DNA of 64,000 bases from a virus, in the IMG/VR virus record IMGVR_UViG_3300047334_000085. One strand, written 5' to 3'. Positions within the stretch are counted from its first letter, which is position 1. Each line of letters opens with the position of its first letter. Positions 8,911 to 17,033 of the stretch are shown one piece after another. A program made the translations under genes and the position numbers. The notes under the pieces were generated by a model. It saw only the letters and a program-made list of their open reading frames with translations, made no database searches and was not told the origin of the DNA.

Positions 8911-9420
8911 TCAGCGATCTCCCGGCGGGAAAAGATCATCCAGCGTGCAGCCCGCCACCGACACCTTGCCGACGCCGTCGAACGAAACCGCGTAGTGGCT
9001 GCCCATGTCCGGGTGGGCGCCGATCATGCGCTGCGGCCACTCGCGGGCAGCCTCGACCGTCGCGTAGCCGCGCGTCTCGGAATAGCCGTCGATCGCCTGA
9101 TACAGCACCTGGATGGGTTCGGGCGGCGCCATGGGCTTGGGCATCGCATCCGCCTCGGCCTGGGCGAGTGCCAGGGAGGCGCTGTAATCGGTGTCGGGAT
9201 ATTCGTCGGTGACAAACCGGCTGACCGTGTCGCCGTCCTTGACGAAGTGAAAAGCGCCGCGCGCTTCGGTGATCGCGATGGGCCACGCCTTGACCAAGAT
9301 CCCAACCACGCCCTCGGACGCCACCACCAGCACGTCGCCGTCGTGGATATCCTCGTTGCACTGGCTGTCGTCATAGGCTTCGCCAGTGGACTCGTAGCGG
9401 TGGATCTGAACGTTGCTCAT
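8911..9420 (-). CDS. Hypothetical protein (169 aa)
   Basis: ORF track. Acidic, balanced composition. ATGA-type overlap at 9420. Confidence 0.6.
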   Translation of the reverse strand: MSNVQIHRYESTGEAYDDSQCNEDIHDGDVLVVASEGVVGILVKAWPIAITEARGAFHFVKDGDTVSRFVTDEYPDTDYSASLALAQAEADAMPKPMAPPEPIQVLYQAIDGYSETRGYATVEAAREWPQRMIGAHPDMGSHYAVSFDGVGKVSVAGCTLDDLFPPGDR

Positions 9421-9755
9421 CAGATCGCTCCCCCGTTACGGTAGCGCCGGATTTCTGCCGCCATCGAGCGCAATTCGTCCCACATCACAGCCCAGTTCGC
9501 GAACCCGTGCTGGGCTGACCCTGCCAGTGCCTCAATGCGGCTGTCAGATAAGGCCGTGGCGGGCGCTGGAGCAGCAGCCGCCTCTTCGCGGTCGACCTCG
9601 TAGCAGCCAGCCTTGCGCACGAGACGCTCAACAGCGCCGGATTTTGCAGCAAAGCCTGATGCGGTGCGTTTGACGGGTATGCCGTGCCAAGCATGGTCGA
9701 TGCCGTCGGCGGGGCGGACCCGGAAGAGGTGCCCCGATGATGTGCGTATGATCAT
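9420..9755 (-). CDS. Hypothetical protein, first gene of the leftward operon
   Basis: ORF track. Followed upstream by about 470 bp with little coding potential. Confidence 0.55.
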   Translation of the reverse strand: MIIRTSSGHLFRVRPADGIDHAWHGIPVKRTASGFAAKSGAVERLVRKAGCYEVDREEAAAAPAPATALSDSRIEALAGSAQHGFANWAVMWDELRSMAAEIRRYRNGGAI

Positions 9756-9875
9756 GTTTCAATCTCCACCCCAGATCCGCCGAGGAGCGCGTTAGCCACC
9801 ATCACCATATCGGTGCTATCTGACCCTGGCAAACCAAAACGGAAAACCGACCACACAAAACCGGGAAAACATACG

Positions 9876-10121
9876 ATGACATTCAAGCAATCGTGGGATC
9901 GGCTGTGCCTGAGCGCTCGCTGGGCGCTGATCCAGTTGCTGCTGCTTTGGGTGATCCGGCTGATCCGGGTGACCGACCCCGACGCCCTGCCGCTGCTTAT
10001 GGGCCTGGGGTATTACATGGACCGATTGAGCATCCTGCATCCGGCAAAGACTGCGCCGTCTGCAAGGTCGCCTAAGACCGTCGCTTGCCCAGTATGCTTA
10101 GGGGATACCGAGCCTACGTGA
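9876..10121 (+). CDS. Possible small membrane protein
   Basis: Internal ATG (MTFKQSWDRL...) of ORF 9813..10121. G/C-ending codons in the first ~50 codons and a hydrophobic stretch LIQLLLLWVIRLI. No clear SD. Confidence 0.35.
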   Translation: MTFKQSWDRLCLSARWALIQLLLLWVIRLIRVTDPDALPLLMGLGYYMDRLSILHPAKTAPSARSPKTVACPVCLGDTEPT

Positions 10122-10147
10122 TGCGTTGGCGACACGCTCAAAAGTCG

Positions 10148-10164
10148 TGCATCGTCGCGATGCA
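10148..10164. promoter_or_regulatory. Perfect inverted repeat TGCATCG-N3-CGATGCA, candidate operator
   Basis: Read directly. It lies in the divergent intergenic region, 65 bp upstream of the PAS gene start. Confidence 0.3.
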
Positions 10165-10228
10165 ATAACACGATCGGATCGTTGCGCTAGTAGTGCTATA
10201 AGCCGGGCCATGCAGCGGAGGTGCGTCT

Positions 10229-10681
10229 GTGCCCTGGCGATTTCCCACCGATCCGAGTTTCGCGGACTATCACGAGGTCGCCTCCGCCGCGCTGGATGAC
10301 GCGCGCCTTTCGCTGCGCGCCAACGCCCTGGCTCGCGCCGTCCCCGAGGCGTTACCCGATGCCGTCGTCGTGGTCAGCGAAGCGGGCGAGATCGTCGCGG
10401 TGAACAATCAGGCTGAACTGATGTTCGGCTATCACCGCACCGAACTCATCGGCCAGCCAGTCGAGGTGCTTGTGCCGGACGAGGCGAGGGCGCGGCACGT
10501 TGAGCACAGGGCGGCTTTCGACCTTGCGCCGCGCATTCGTGACATGGGCGAAAATCTCCACCTCAATGCGAAACGCAAAACCGGCGAGGAAATCCCCGTG
10601 ATGGTGAGGCTGGGACCGGTTGTCATCCCGGACGGTGTATTCACGATCGTGGTGATCCGCCGCCGCGCTTCCGACGCCTGA
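10229..10681 (+). CDS. Stand-alone PAS domain protein (no output domain)
   Basis: GTG start. LPDAVVVVSEAGEIVAVNNQAELMFGYHRTELIGQPVEVLVPDEARARH..HR...L.AKRKTGEEIPVMVRL is a classic PAS fold signature. Confidence 0.7.
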   Translation: MPWRFPTDPSFADYHEVASAALDDARLSLRANALARAVPEALPDAVVVVSEAGEIVAVNNQAELMFGYHRTELIGQPVEVLVPDEARARHVEHRAAFDLAPRIRDMGENLHLNAKRKTGEEIPVMVRLGPVVIPDGVFTIVVIRRRASDA

Positions 10682-10688
10682 AAATCTC

Positions 10689-11105
10689 GTGACGATCATC
10701 GAAAGCCTCGCCTCGCTGCCAGTCGCGGCCTGGGCTTTTCTGTCCAGCCTCGCAACCGCCGCTGGATCGTGGTTTGTCGCCGTCAGGACCTTGCGCGCCG
10801 CAATGCTGCGCGAGCACGACAAGATCGGCGCCGATGCGCTCAACACCGGCTTGGCCGATCAAGCGAAATTCCGTCAGTCTCTGCTCGACACAATCAGCGA
10901 CCTGCGACAGCGGCTTGGCCAGTGCGAGACCGACCGCGATATCCTGCGTGGCAGGATCGCCGCGCTGGAGGAAGAACTGGCGATCCAGCAAGCGTCGGTC
11001 GAGATCATGCGTCGCTGGATCGCGTTCTTTCGTAGCCAGGGCCTGGCGAATTTACCCGAGATACCGGCCATCATGACGCAGGACAAACAACGGCCACAGC
11101 GCTGA
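10689..11105 (+). CDS. N-terminal TM plus coiled-coil protein
   Basis: GTG start 7 nt after the PAS gene stop. A hydrophobic N-terminus (LPVAAWAFLSSLATAAGSWFVAV) is followed by heptad-like LRQRLGQCETDRDILRGRIAALEEELA. Confidence 0.55.
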   Translation: MTIIESLASLPVAAWAFLSSLATAAGSWFVAVRTLRAAMLREHDKIGADALNTGLADQAKFRQSLLDTISDLRQRLGQCETDRDILRGRIAALEEELAIQQASVEIMRRWIAFFRSQGLANLPEIPAIMTQDKQRPQR

Positions 11106-11191
11106 AACCGTGCATTTCTTGCTAACGCCGTGCCAGCCTGCGTATTGTGCCGCTGCTTCCAATCTGTCGTTTGCCACTACAGGAGATTTTC

Positions 11192-11371
11192 ATGGGCCGC
11201 GCACTGGGTTCCGACACACCGACCGTCAAAGCGCCCGCGCAGACCAGCGCGCCGCAGAACACCGCGACCGGCTCCGGCTCGCGTCCGGGCAGCTACAAGG
11301 AGCCGATCGAAAGTTCCGCGCCGACCAGCCCTTACATGATCCGCCCGGCGCCGCCCGGCTGGCTCAAGTAA
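11192..11371 (+). CDS. Small low-complexity protein (59 aa)
   Basis: AGGAG sits 6-7 nt before ATG 11192. Confidence 0.4.
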   Translation: MGRALGSDTPTVKAPAQTSAPQNTATGSGSRPGSYKEPIESSAPTSPYMIRPAPPGWLK

Positions 11372-11406
11372 CCACGGGCAAAGTGTGAAACTGTGCGAAA
11401 TCGAAT

Positions 11407-11685
11407 GTGGCACGTAACGGTGTAAAAACGGGCGGCGGCAGTCGCAAGGGCATCCCGAACAAAGCGACTGCCGACGTCGCCGCCAAGCTGGCGGCGCTGA
11501 AATGCGACCCGCTCACGGGCATGGCGCGAATCGCGCTCAATCGGAAAAATCCTGTCGAACTCCGCGCCAAAATGTTTGCCGAACTGGCGCAGTATATCGC
11601 GCCCAAGCGCAAGGCGACGGAACATTACGTCAGCGAGGGCGCGGCGGTGCTGGGCCTGATCGTGATGCCGCCGAAAGACCCATGA
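11407..11685 (+). CDS. terS: Putative terminase small subunit
   Basis: Lies immediately upstream of terL, with its stop overlapping the terL ATG. A basic N-terminus (GGGSRKGIPNK) and ...LRAKMFAELAQYIAPKRKA resemble small-terminase-type proteins. The assignment rests mainly on position. Confidence 0.5.
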   Translation: MARNGVKTGGGSRKGIPNKATADVAAKLAALKCDPLTGMARIALNRKNPVELRAKMFAELAQYIAPKRKATEHYVSEGAAVLGLIVMPPKDP

Positions 11686-13043
11686 CGAACAGCGATCGCA
11701 TTGTCTGGCGGCCCACCGAACGCCAAGCCGAGTTTCTGGCCGCGCCCGAGGACGAGGTGCTTTACGGCGGCTCTGCTGGCGGCGGTAAGACCGATGCGCT
11801 GGTGATCGACGCGCTTGGTGGGCAGTGTCGCGCCGTCGAACAGCCCGAGTATCGAGCGTTGCTGCTCCGTCGGTCCTACCCCGAACTGAAGGAGGTGGTG
11901 GACCGCACGCAGGCGATCTATCCGGCGGCGTATCCAGGCGCCCGCTATGTCGAACCGGAATGGCGGTTTCCCTCCGGTGCGCGTCTCGAACTCGGCTACC
12001 TCGACCGCGACACCGACGTGATGCGGTATCAGTCCCGTCAGTTCCAGTGGATCGGCTGGGAAGAACTGGCGCAATGGGAAAGCGATTACGCCTACACCTA
12101 CATGATTTCTCGCCTGCGCCGGCCTGACCGGCTGGATATCCCGGTCTACATCCGCGCCACCTGCAACCCGGACGGTCCTGGCGCACGCTGGATTGCGAAG
12201 CGCTGGGGGATCAGCGCCGATGGCGCGTCCTGCCGCCGCACGATGCAGGTGAAGGGCAAGGAGTTCCGGCTGCGGTTCATCGCCGCTCGGCTGCACGATA
12301 ACCCGCATCTGACCGATACCGGCTATCGCGAGCGGCTCATGCTGCTGCCCGACCATCTGCGCAAGGCGCTGCTCGACGGGCGCTGGGACGAGCCGATCAT
12401 CGACGGCGCGATCTACAACGACGAACTCGTCAAGGCGCGCGAGCAAGGCCGCATCACCAGCGTGCCGTATGATCCGGTCGCGCGGGTGGATACGTGGTGG
12501 GATCTCGGCGTCGCCGACAGCACGGCGATCTGGTTCACCCAGGACGTCGGGCGCGAGTTGCGGGTGATCGATTACTACGAAGCGCAGGGCGAAGGCTTGC
12601 CGCACTATGCCGCCGTGCTGGACAAGCGCGGCTACCTCTACGGCCGCCACACAGCCCCGCACGACATTGAGGTGCGCGAACTGGGTTCCGGCCGCTCGCG
12701 GGTGGAAACCGCCGCCTCGCTCGGCATCCGCTTCGAGACCGCGCCCAACATCGGCGTCGACGACGGGATCCACGCAACCCGCATGCTGATGGCGCGGATG
12801 TGGTTCGACGAGCGGAAATGCGCCGCCGGGCTGGAGGCGCTGAAGCACTACCAGCGCGAGCGGAACAAGCGGCTGGCCGAGTGGAAGTCAACGCCGCTGC
12901 ACAACTGGGCCAGCCACGGTGCGGACGCGCTGCGCACCCTGGGCGTGGCGCACAAGGCGGCGCGTCCGGTCGTGCGGTCTGGGCGTGAGGTGCGCACGGT
13001 GCAGGCCAGCGGCGAAGCCTCGAACGCATGGTTAGGCGCATGA
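11682..13043 (+). CDS. terL: Terminase large subunit
   Basis: Walker A (LYGGSAGGGKTD), ...QWIGWEEL..., and nuclease-half motifs (VDTWWDLGVADSTAIW, HNWASHGADALR). The ATG at 11682 overlaps the terS TGA. Confidence 0.9.
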   Translation: MTNSDRIVWRPTERQAEFLAAPEDEVLYGGSAGGGKTDALVIDALGGQCRAVEQPEYRALLLRRSYPELKEVVDRTQAIYPAAYPGARYVEPEWRFPSGARLELGYLDRDTDVMRYQSRQFQWIGWEELAQWESDYAYTYMISRLRRPDRLDIPVYIRATCNPDGPGARWIAKRWGISADGASCRRTMQVKGKEFRLRFIAARLHDNPHLTDTGYRERLMLLPDHLRKALLDGRWDEPIIDGAIYNDELVKAREQGRITSVPYDPVARVDTWWDLGVADSTAIWFTQDVGRELRVIDYYEAQGEGLPHYAAVLDKRGYLYGRHTAPHDIEVRELGSGRSRVETAASLGIRFETAPNIGVDDGIHATRMLMARMWFDERKCAAGLEALKHYQRERNKRLAEWKSTPLHNWASHGADALRTLGVAHKAARPVVRSGREVRTVQASGEASNAWLGA

Positions 13044-13264
13044 ACGCCGCCGAGATCATCAGTGCGAACCCGCACTTTGCGTGGCGGCAGGCCCGCATCG
13101 GCGAGGTCGAGGGGCTGATCGGAACGGCGCCGGACGGTGCGGAGCAATGGGTGATCTGGCTGGGCGACCGTCACGTGTCCGGTCCGATGCCGTGGAGCCG
13201 CGAAGCGATCCAGGCGGGGCTGCTCAACCTGCATGCGGCGCGGATGGGCGACGATCCGCCCTGA
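13040..13264 (+). CDS. Hypothetical small protein
   Basis: ATGA overlap with the terL stop. Confidence 0.5.
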   Translation: MNAAEIISANPHFAWRQARIGEVEGLIGTAPDGAEQWVIWLGDRHVSGPMPWSREAIQAGLLNLHAARMGDDPP

Positions 13265-13309
13265 TCCGCGCGTTTTCTTGCGACGCGCCAATGGGTCTGT
13301 TACGTCTGT

Positions 13310-13708
13310 ATGCGGAACCCTTCGAAAGACCCTGCGATGGCGCTCGCTGCCCTGGTCCAGTCACCAACCGGTCCGACACTGGCCCAGGCGCAGCGGGTGC
13401 TGTGGCCGAAATACGAGTCGCACAAGGTTGTCGCCGCCGCCGTGATCAGCGAGATCGTGCGCGGTCCCGACGACCGCATCACCCTGATGGTCAAGCCTGA
13501 GCCGGACAGTGCCATCGAACCGTTCTGGCCCACCGTGCCCGCGATGGCGGATAGAGCCGAGATCGGCGGCTACGCTGTCATTTACGAGGATGGTTTCTGT
13601 TCCGTGTCGCCGGGAGCGTTGTTCACCAACGGCTACAGGCGGATCGATCCGACGCCCGAACCCCCGCAATCACCGCCGCCCAAGCTACCAACCCCAGCCG
13701 GAGACTGA
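13310..13708 (+). CDS. Hypothetical protein
   Basis: ORF track. ATG 13337 is an alternative start. Confidence 0.5.
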   Translation: MRNPSKDPAMALAALVQSPTGPTLAQAQRVLWPKYESHKVVAAAVISEIVRGPDDRITLMVKPEPDSAIEPFWPTVPAMADRAEIGGYAVIYEDGFCSVSPGALFTNGYRRIDPTPEPPQSPPPKLPTPAGD

Positions 13709-13713
13709 CGCCC

Positions 13714-13872
13714 ATGAAGTCAAAACATCCCTCCAAGGCCAAAGGCAAGGGCATGAAAGGACCGATGCCGAAGATGCCCATGCCCGGCAAGATGATGAAG
13801 GGCGAGCCGTCGGCGGACAAAATGATGGCCGACAAGATGCCCATGATGGGCAAGCACAAAGAGCGGATGTGA
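13714..13872 (+). CDS. Micro-ORF, 52 aa, Met/Lys/Pro/Gly-rich
   Basis: Below the ORF-track cutoff. GGAGA lies about 10 nt upstream. Codons are strongly G/C-ending. Translation is MKSKHPSKAKGKGMKGPMPKMPMPGKMMKGEPSADKMMADKMPMMGKHKERM. Confidence 0.45.
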   Translation: MKSKHPSKAKGKGMKGPMPKMPMPGKMMKGEPSADKMMADKMPMMGKHKERM

Positions 13873-13873
13873 G

Positions 13874-14035
13874 ATGCGCAAACCCGGAAAGACGAAGCCA
13901 GGCAAAGGCACGATGGAGCGCAAGCAGGCGCAGAAGGGCGGATCTGGGATCAACACCCCGGTCAAGCACGAGAAGGTGGCACAGGTGGAGATGCCGCAGC
14001 GCTACGGCCTGCCCACGCAGAAGCAGAAGATGTGA
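13874..14035 (+). CDS. Micro-ORF, 53 aa, Lys-rich basic
   Basis: Starts 1 nt after the previous stop. Translation is MRKPGKTKPGKGTMERKQAQKGGSGINTPVKHEKVAQVEMPQRYGLPTQKQKM. Confidence 0.45.
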   Translation: MRKPGKTKPGKGTMERKQAQKGGSGINTPVKHEKVAQVEMPQRYGLPTQKQKM

Positions 14036-14149
14036 CGGTGCGTGCGGATCGAGCGGTGCAACTCGTGGTGCGATTACCGCTCTAGGACGGGCGGCACGGC
14101 CTCGCTCGTTTGCGTCTACTGCGGCTGGCCGAGAGAGGACCCGACTGCG

Positions 14150-14335
14150 ATGGCGACGCTTCGCCTTTACGACATCCACATCGACGATTACCGCGATGCC
14201 ACGCAGGTCGATCTCGACCAGTTGCAGGAGGTGGCGAACGCCTATGCGCTGTTGCGCAGCCGACTGGCCGAGGATCACGCGGCGCTGCAAGAGCGGCTGC
14301 GGGCGATCCGCTCCAAGGCGGGGGTGCCAAATTGA
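14150..14335 (+). CDS. Hypothetical small protein
   Basis: Internal ATG (MATLRLYDIHIDDY...) of ORF 14042..14335. Confidence 0.45.
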   Translation: MATLRLYDIHIDDYRDATQVDLDQLQEVANAYALLRSRLAEDHAALQERLRAIRSKAGVPN

Positions 14336-14376
14336 GCAAGCCCGATGGCACAACCAGGACCCAGACAGGTTTGTCG

Positions 14377-14685
14377 ATGAACAATGCTGGTTCGGTGGAT
14401 CTGAACGAGAGTGTGGCGAATCCTAATCCTAATGCGCCGACCTATCCGTTTACCGCCGAACTGGTCGATGGAGAGGCTGACGTGTCTTTGGCAATTCGCA
14501 TCGAAGAAGACCAGCCGTATGACACGGTCACCATCGAGATGTGTAGTTTTGACGACAAGAACGAAGAGACCGGCAGAACCTTTCACACGACCATGCAAAT
14601 AATCCTGTCATTCGATCAGATAAAGGCGGTCCGGCATTTCCTTTCCTATCTGATCGACGCTCGCGAATTGATTGTGCCGACATGA
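14377..14685 (+). CDS. Hypothetical protein in a locally AT-richer segment
   Basis: MNNAGSVDLNES... The TTG at 14332, overlapping the upstream stop, is the alternative start. Confidence 0.5.
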   Translation: MNNAGSVDLNESVANPNPNAPTYPFTAELVDGEADVSLAIRIEEDQPYDTVTIEMCSFDDKNEETGRTFHTTMQIILSFDQIKAVRHFLSYLIDARELIVPT

Positions 14686-14903
14686 GCGGCGCCGATGCCT
14701 TCGTGATTCACCGCTTGCGTGCCAAACCGGTGGAATACACCGTCAAGATCCGCCACTTCGTCGCGGCGGGCGAATGGGTGATGGGCGTGTCTGTGCATGA
14801 CGTGTCCGAACCCGACGAGGTGCAGCGCGAGCGTGTCGCCGAGGACCTGCGGTTTGCCGCTGACCTGCTCGAAACCGGCGAATGGAGCGTCGATCATGGC
14901 TGA
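14682..14903 (+). CDS. Hypothetical small protein
   Basis: ATGA coupling. Confidence 0.55.
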   Translation: MSGADAFVIHRLRAKPVEYTVKIRHFVAAGEWVMGVSVHDVSEPDEVQRERVAEDLRFAADLLETGEWSVDHG

Positions 14904-15291
14904 ACCGACCTGCATGCGCGAACGTCGCGAAGCCGGGCTGCCCTATCCACGCACGTGCCAGCGCTGCGGGCTGTTCGGCGTGTGCTACCTCGATACCGTG
15001 CTGCCGCGCGTCAAGGCCGCGCCTGCCGGTGCACCAGCGCCGAAACCCAGCCTGTTGCGGGTGCCGACGCATTTCCATTCCGTCGCCGAGGTGCTGGGCG
15101 CGGCGGCACAGATGGACCTGCCGAACCTGCTGCTGCTGTCCGAGCGGGACGACGGTTCGCTTGTGTTCCTGGACTCGGGGCTGACCATGGCCGAGTGCAA
15201 CTGGATGCTCGACAAGCTAAAGGCGCTGATGCTGGCACCGCAGCAGCCGACGCACCCCGAAACGAGGCCCGATACTGGCGGTGCGGCATGA
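14896..15291 (+). CDS. Hypothetical protein
   Basis: Start at MAEPTCMRERREAGLPYPRTCQRCGLFGVCY. Overlaps the upstream stop by 8 nt. Confidence 0.55.
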   Translation: MAEPTCMRERREAGLPYPRTCQRCGLFGVCYLDTVLPRVKAAPAGAPAPKPSLLRVPTHFHSVAEVLGAAAQMDLPNLLLLSERDDGSLVFLDSGLTMAECNWMLDKLKALMLAPQQPTHPETRPDTGGAA

Positions 15292-15467
15292 GGCATGATG
15301 TCGAGATCAAGCTGACGGTGGCGAGCGAACCGCGCATGGTGGTCGCCACCCAGACGTTCGATGCCGATGAACCCATGGTGGACATGATCACCGAGTTCCT
15401 GGCCGAGTTTGGGATGGCCGACTGCGGCGAGCAGATCATCACCATCAAGATCACCAGCGTGCCGTGA
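15288..15467 (+). CDS. Hypothetical small protein (59 aa)
   Basis: ATGA coupling. Begins MRHDVEIKLTVASEPRMVV... Confidence 0.5.
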   Translation: MRHDVEIKLTVASEPRMVVATQTFDADEPMVDMITEFLAEFGMADCGEQIITIKITSVP

Positions 15468-15736
15468 CCATGCGCCCAAGCTGCGCCTGGGAGTGCTTGG
15501 CGACCGGAAACGTGGTCACCCGACCAGCCTGCGAGCGTTGCGGCGCCGGACCCTGCCACAACGGCCATGACAGCGCCGCCATGACGCAGAACGGCCCAGC
15601 CGAAGCCGGGCCGTTCGCGGCGGCCGTACACCCCACCCAATCGGCTAAGTCCGGGATTGGGACCGGGCTGCTTTCGCACGCGGGATGGCGCCCGCACAGC
15701 GCGGGGAGGATAGCACGCCATGATGTCGTCGGATAA
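15464..15736 (+). CDS. Possible Cys-rich small protein
   Basis: GTGA coupling. The composition is less convincing. Confidence 0.35.
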   Translation: MTMRPSCAWECLATGNVVTRPACERCGAGPCHNGHDSAAMTQNGPAEAGPFAAAVHPTQSAKSGIGTGLLSHAGWRPHSAGRIARHDVVG

Positions 15737-15959
15737 GCCGCCAACAACGGCAACGCAGCCAAGCCGCGAGTTCACGTTGTTCGGCAGGTTCTTTGCCTTG
15801 ACCCTAGAACTCGGCCTGCTGCACCGCGACGCGAAGCTGCTGGCCGCGTTCGTGATGGGCATCACGCCCGACCAGAACACCCAGACCGAGACGGAGATCG
15901 AGGCGACCGTCGGGGAAGTTCACGCCGCCGCCCGGCGTGTGCTGGCGAAACAGCGATGA
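15720..15959 (+). CDS. Hypothetical small protein
   Basis: ORF track. Confidence 0.5.
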   Translation: MMSSDKPPTTATQPSREFTLFGRFFALTLELGLLHRDAKLLAAFVMGITPDQNTQTETEIEATVGEVHAAARRVLAKQR

Positions 15960-16273
15960 CCGACGCCGCGCGGGTTCGCATCAGCAAGGTCACGTCCAAG
16001 GCCGGTGGGGCTTCGATCAGCATCCTCACACCGCCGCCCGAACCCGACGACACCAATTTCATTCCGACCCTGCTGTGGCTGATCAATCAGGCCCGCGCGG
16101 GCAAGGTGATGGGCTATGCCATCCTCGCCACGATCGCCACCGAAGGCGGCAACCGCCAGAAGTGCATTGAGGCGTCCAAAGCGTGGTCGGACGGCGAGGA
16201 ACATCACGTGCTGGGGCTGATGACGCGGATGCAGCAAAGCTATTCCAAGCGCACGTGGCCGGACGACGAGTGA
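15956..16273 (+). CDS. Hypothetical protein
   Basis: ATGA coupling. Confidence 0.55.
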   Translation: MTDAARVRISKVTSKAGGASISILTPPPEPDDTNFIPTLLWLINQARAGKVMGYAILATIATEGGNRQKCIEASKAWSDGEEHHVLGLMTRMQQSYSKRTWPDDE

Positions 16274-16276
16274 CAG

Positions 16277-16501
16277 ATGCCGAGGATGCGGGCGTTCCAG
16301 CAGGTGCAGTTCTACGATCCGTCCACCGACGCGCAGAGCGTGCGCATCTCGGGCTTCTCCGGGCGCGGCGAATTCTGGTGCAAGCGGATCATTCCGACGT
16401 CCGGGGCCAAGCGGCGGGCGATGTTGCGCGATGCCCTCGATCTTATCGAACAAGCCATTGAGCGGGATCTACTACCCGGCGAAGTCGTTATCGGCGAGTA
16501 A
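16277..16501 (+). CDS. Hypothetical small protein
   Basis: ORF track. Last gene before the hairpins. Confidence 0.55.
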   Translation: MPRMRAFQQVQFYDPSTDAQSVRISGFSGRGEFWCKRIIPTSGAKRRAMLRDALDLIEQAIERDLLPGEVVIGE

Positions 16502-16509
16502 GACGATAA

Positions 16510-16550
16510 GGCTGGAAAGGCCGGGAATTGAGTTGCCAGCCTTTCCGGCC
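16510..16550 (+). terminator. Stem-loop (15-bp stem with one G-U and one mismatch, 11-nt loop)
   Basis: GGCTGGAAAGGCCGG ... CCAGCCTTTCCGGCC, 9 nt after the stop at 16501. There is no clear U-tract. Confidence 0.45.
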
Positions 16551-16557
16551 TTCATCC

Positions 16558-16588
16558 TAAGCGGCGGAAGACCGCAAACCGCCGCTTA
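16558..16588 (+). terminator. Second stem-loop (10-bp perfect stem, 11-nt loop)
   Basis: TAAGCGGCGG aagaccgcaaa CCGCCGCTTA, followed by atcgTTTc. Confidence 0.45.
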
Positions 16589-16817
16589 ATCGTTTCATCG
16601 CAAACAGGAAATCCAGGTTTGCCATGCAAGTTACGTTTGGAACAAACACATACAGCCAGTCTCGATGTTTGCGAGTTGACGGAATGGTGAAGTTGACGTT
16701 TCCCATTTCGGCGAGCAGTCTGCCCGCTCACGAACGCATCAGGTGGCGAACCACCAGGATCGACCAAGAACGCGCATCGTGCGACTTTCTCAGCATCAGC
16801 GACTGAAGGCGAGACCG

Positions 16818-17033
16818 ATGAGGCTCTATTCATGCCCATGCTGCGAGGCGAAAACACCGGCACGCACCACTCCGGTAAGTGACAGCGATTGTGCACGCGG
16901 GTACATGTTCATGCGGGCACGCGGCTGGACAGCCGAACGGCTCCTGGCGGAGCGGTTCGAAGACATTGACGGGATGTCGCCGTCCATGACGGCGTGGCTG
17001 GTCAAACAGGCAGCGGAGGAACTCAAACAATGA
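16818..17033 (+). CDS. Small protein with N-terminal CPCC zinc-ribbon-like motif
   Basis: Internal ATG (MRLYSCPCCEAKTP...). First gene after the ~230-bp non-coding gap. Confidence 0.5.
   Translation: MRLYSCPCCEAKTPARTTPVSDSDCARGYMFMRARGWTAERLLAERFEDIDGMSPSMTAWLVKQAAEELKQ

Noticed and set aside
11332-12848. Minus-strand ORFs of 284 and 407 aa opposite terS and terL
   Set aside because: Arg/Gly/Pro-rich junk antisense to a gene with clear terminase motifs.
13509-14426. 305-aa + strand ORF spanning the micro-ORF region
   Set aside because: Extremely Arg-rich translation (RRRADLGSTPRSSTRRWHRWRCRS...). Better-supported short ORFs with G/C-ending codons occupy other frames.
16552-16896. 114-aa minus ORF and 60-aa plus ORF in the 16.5-16.8 kb gap. 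I also considered a possible tRNA there.
   Set aside because: The translations are unconvincing and no SD is present. I could not find a cloverleaf or a GTTCRANYC T-loop, so the region is treated as non-coding.
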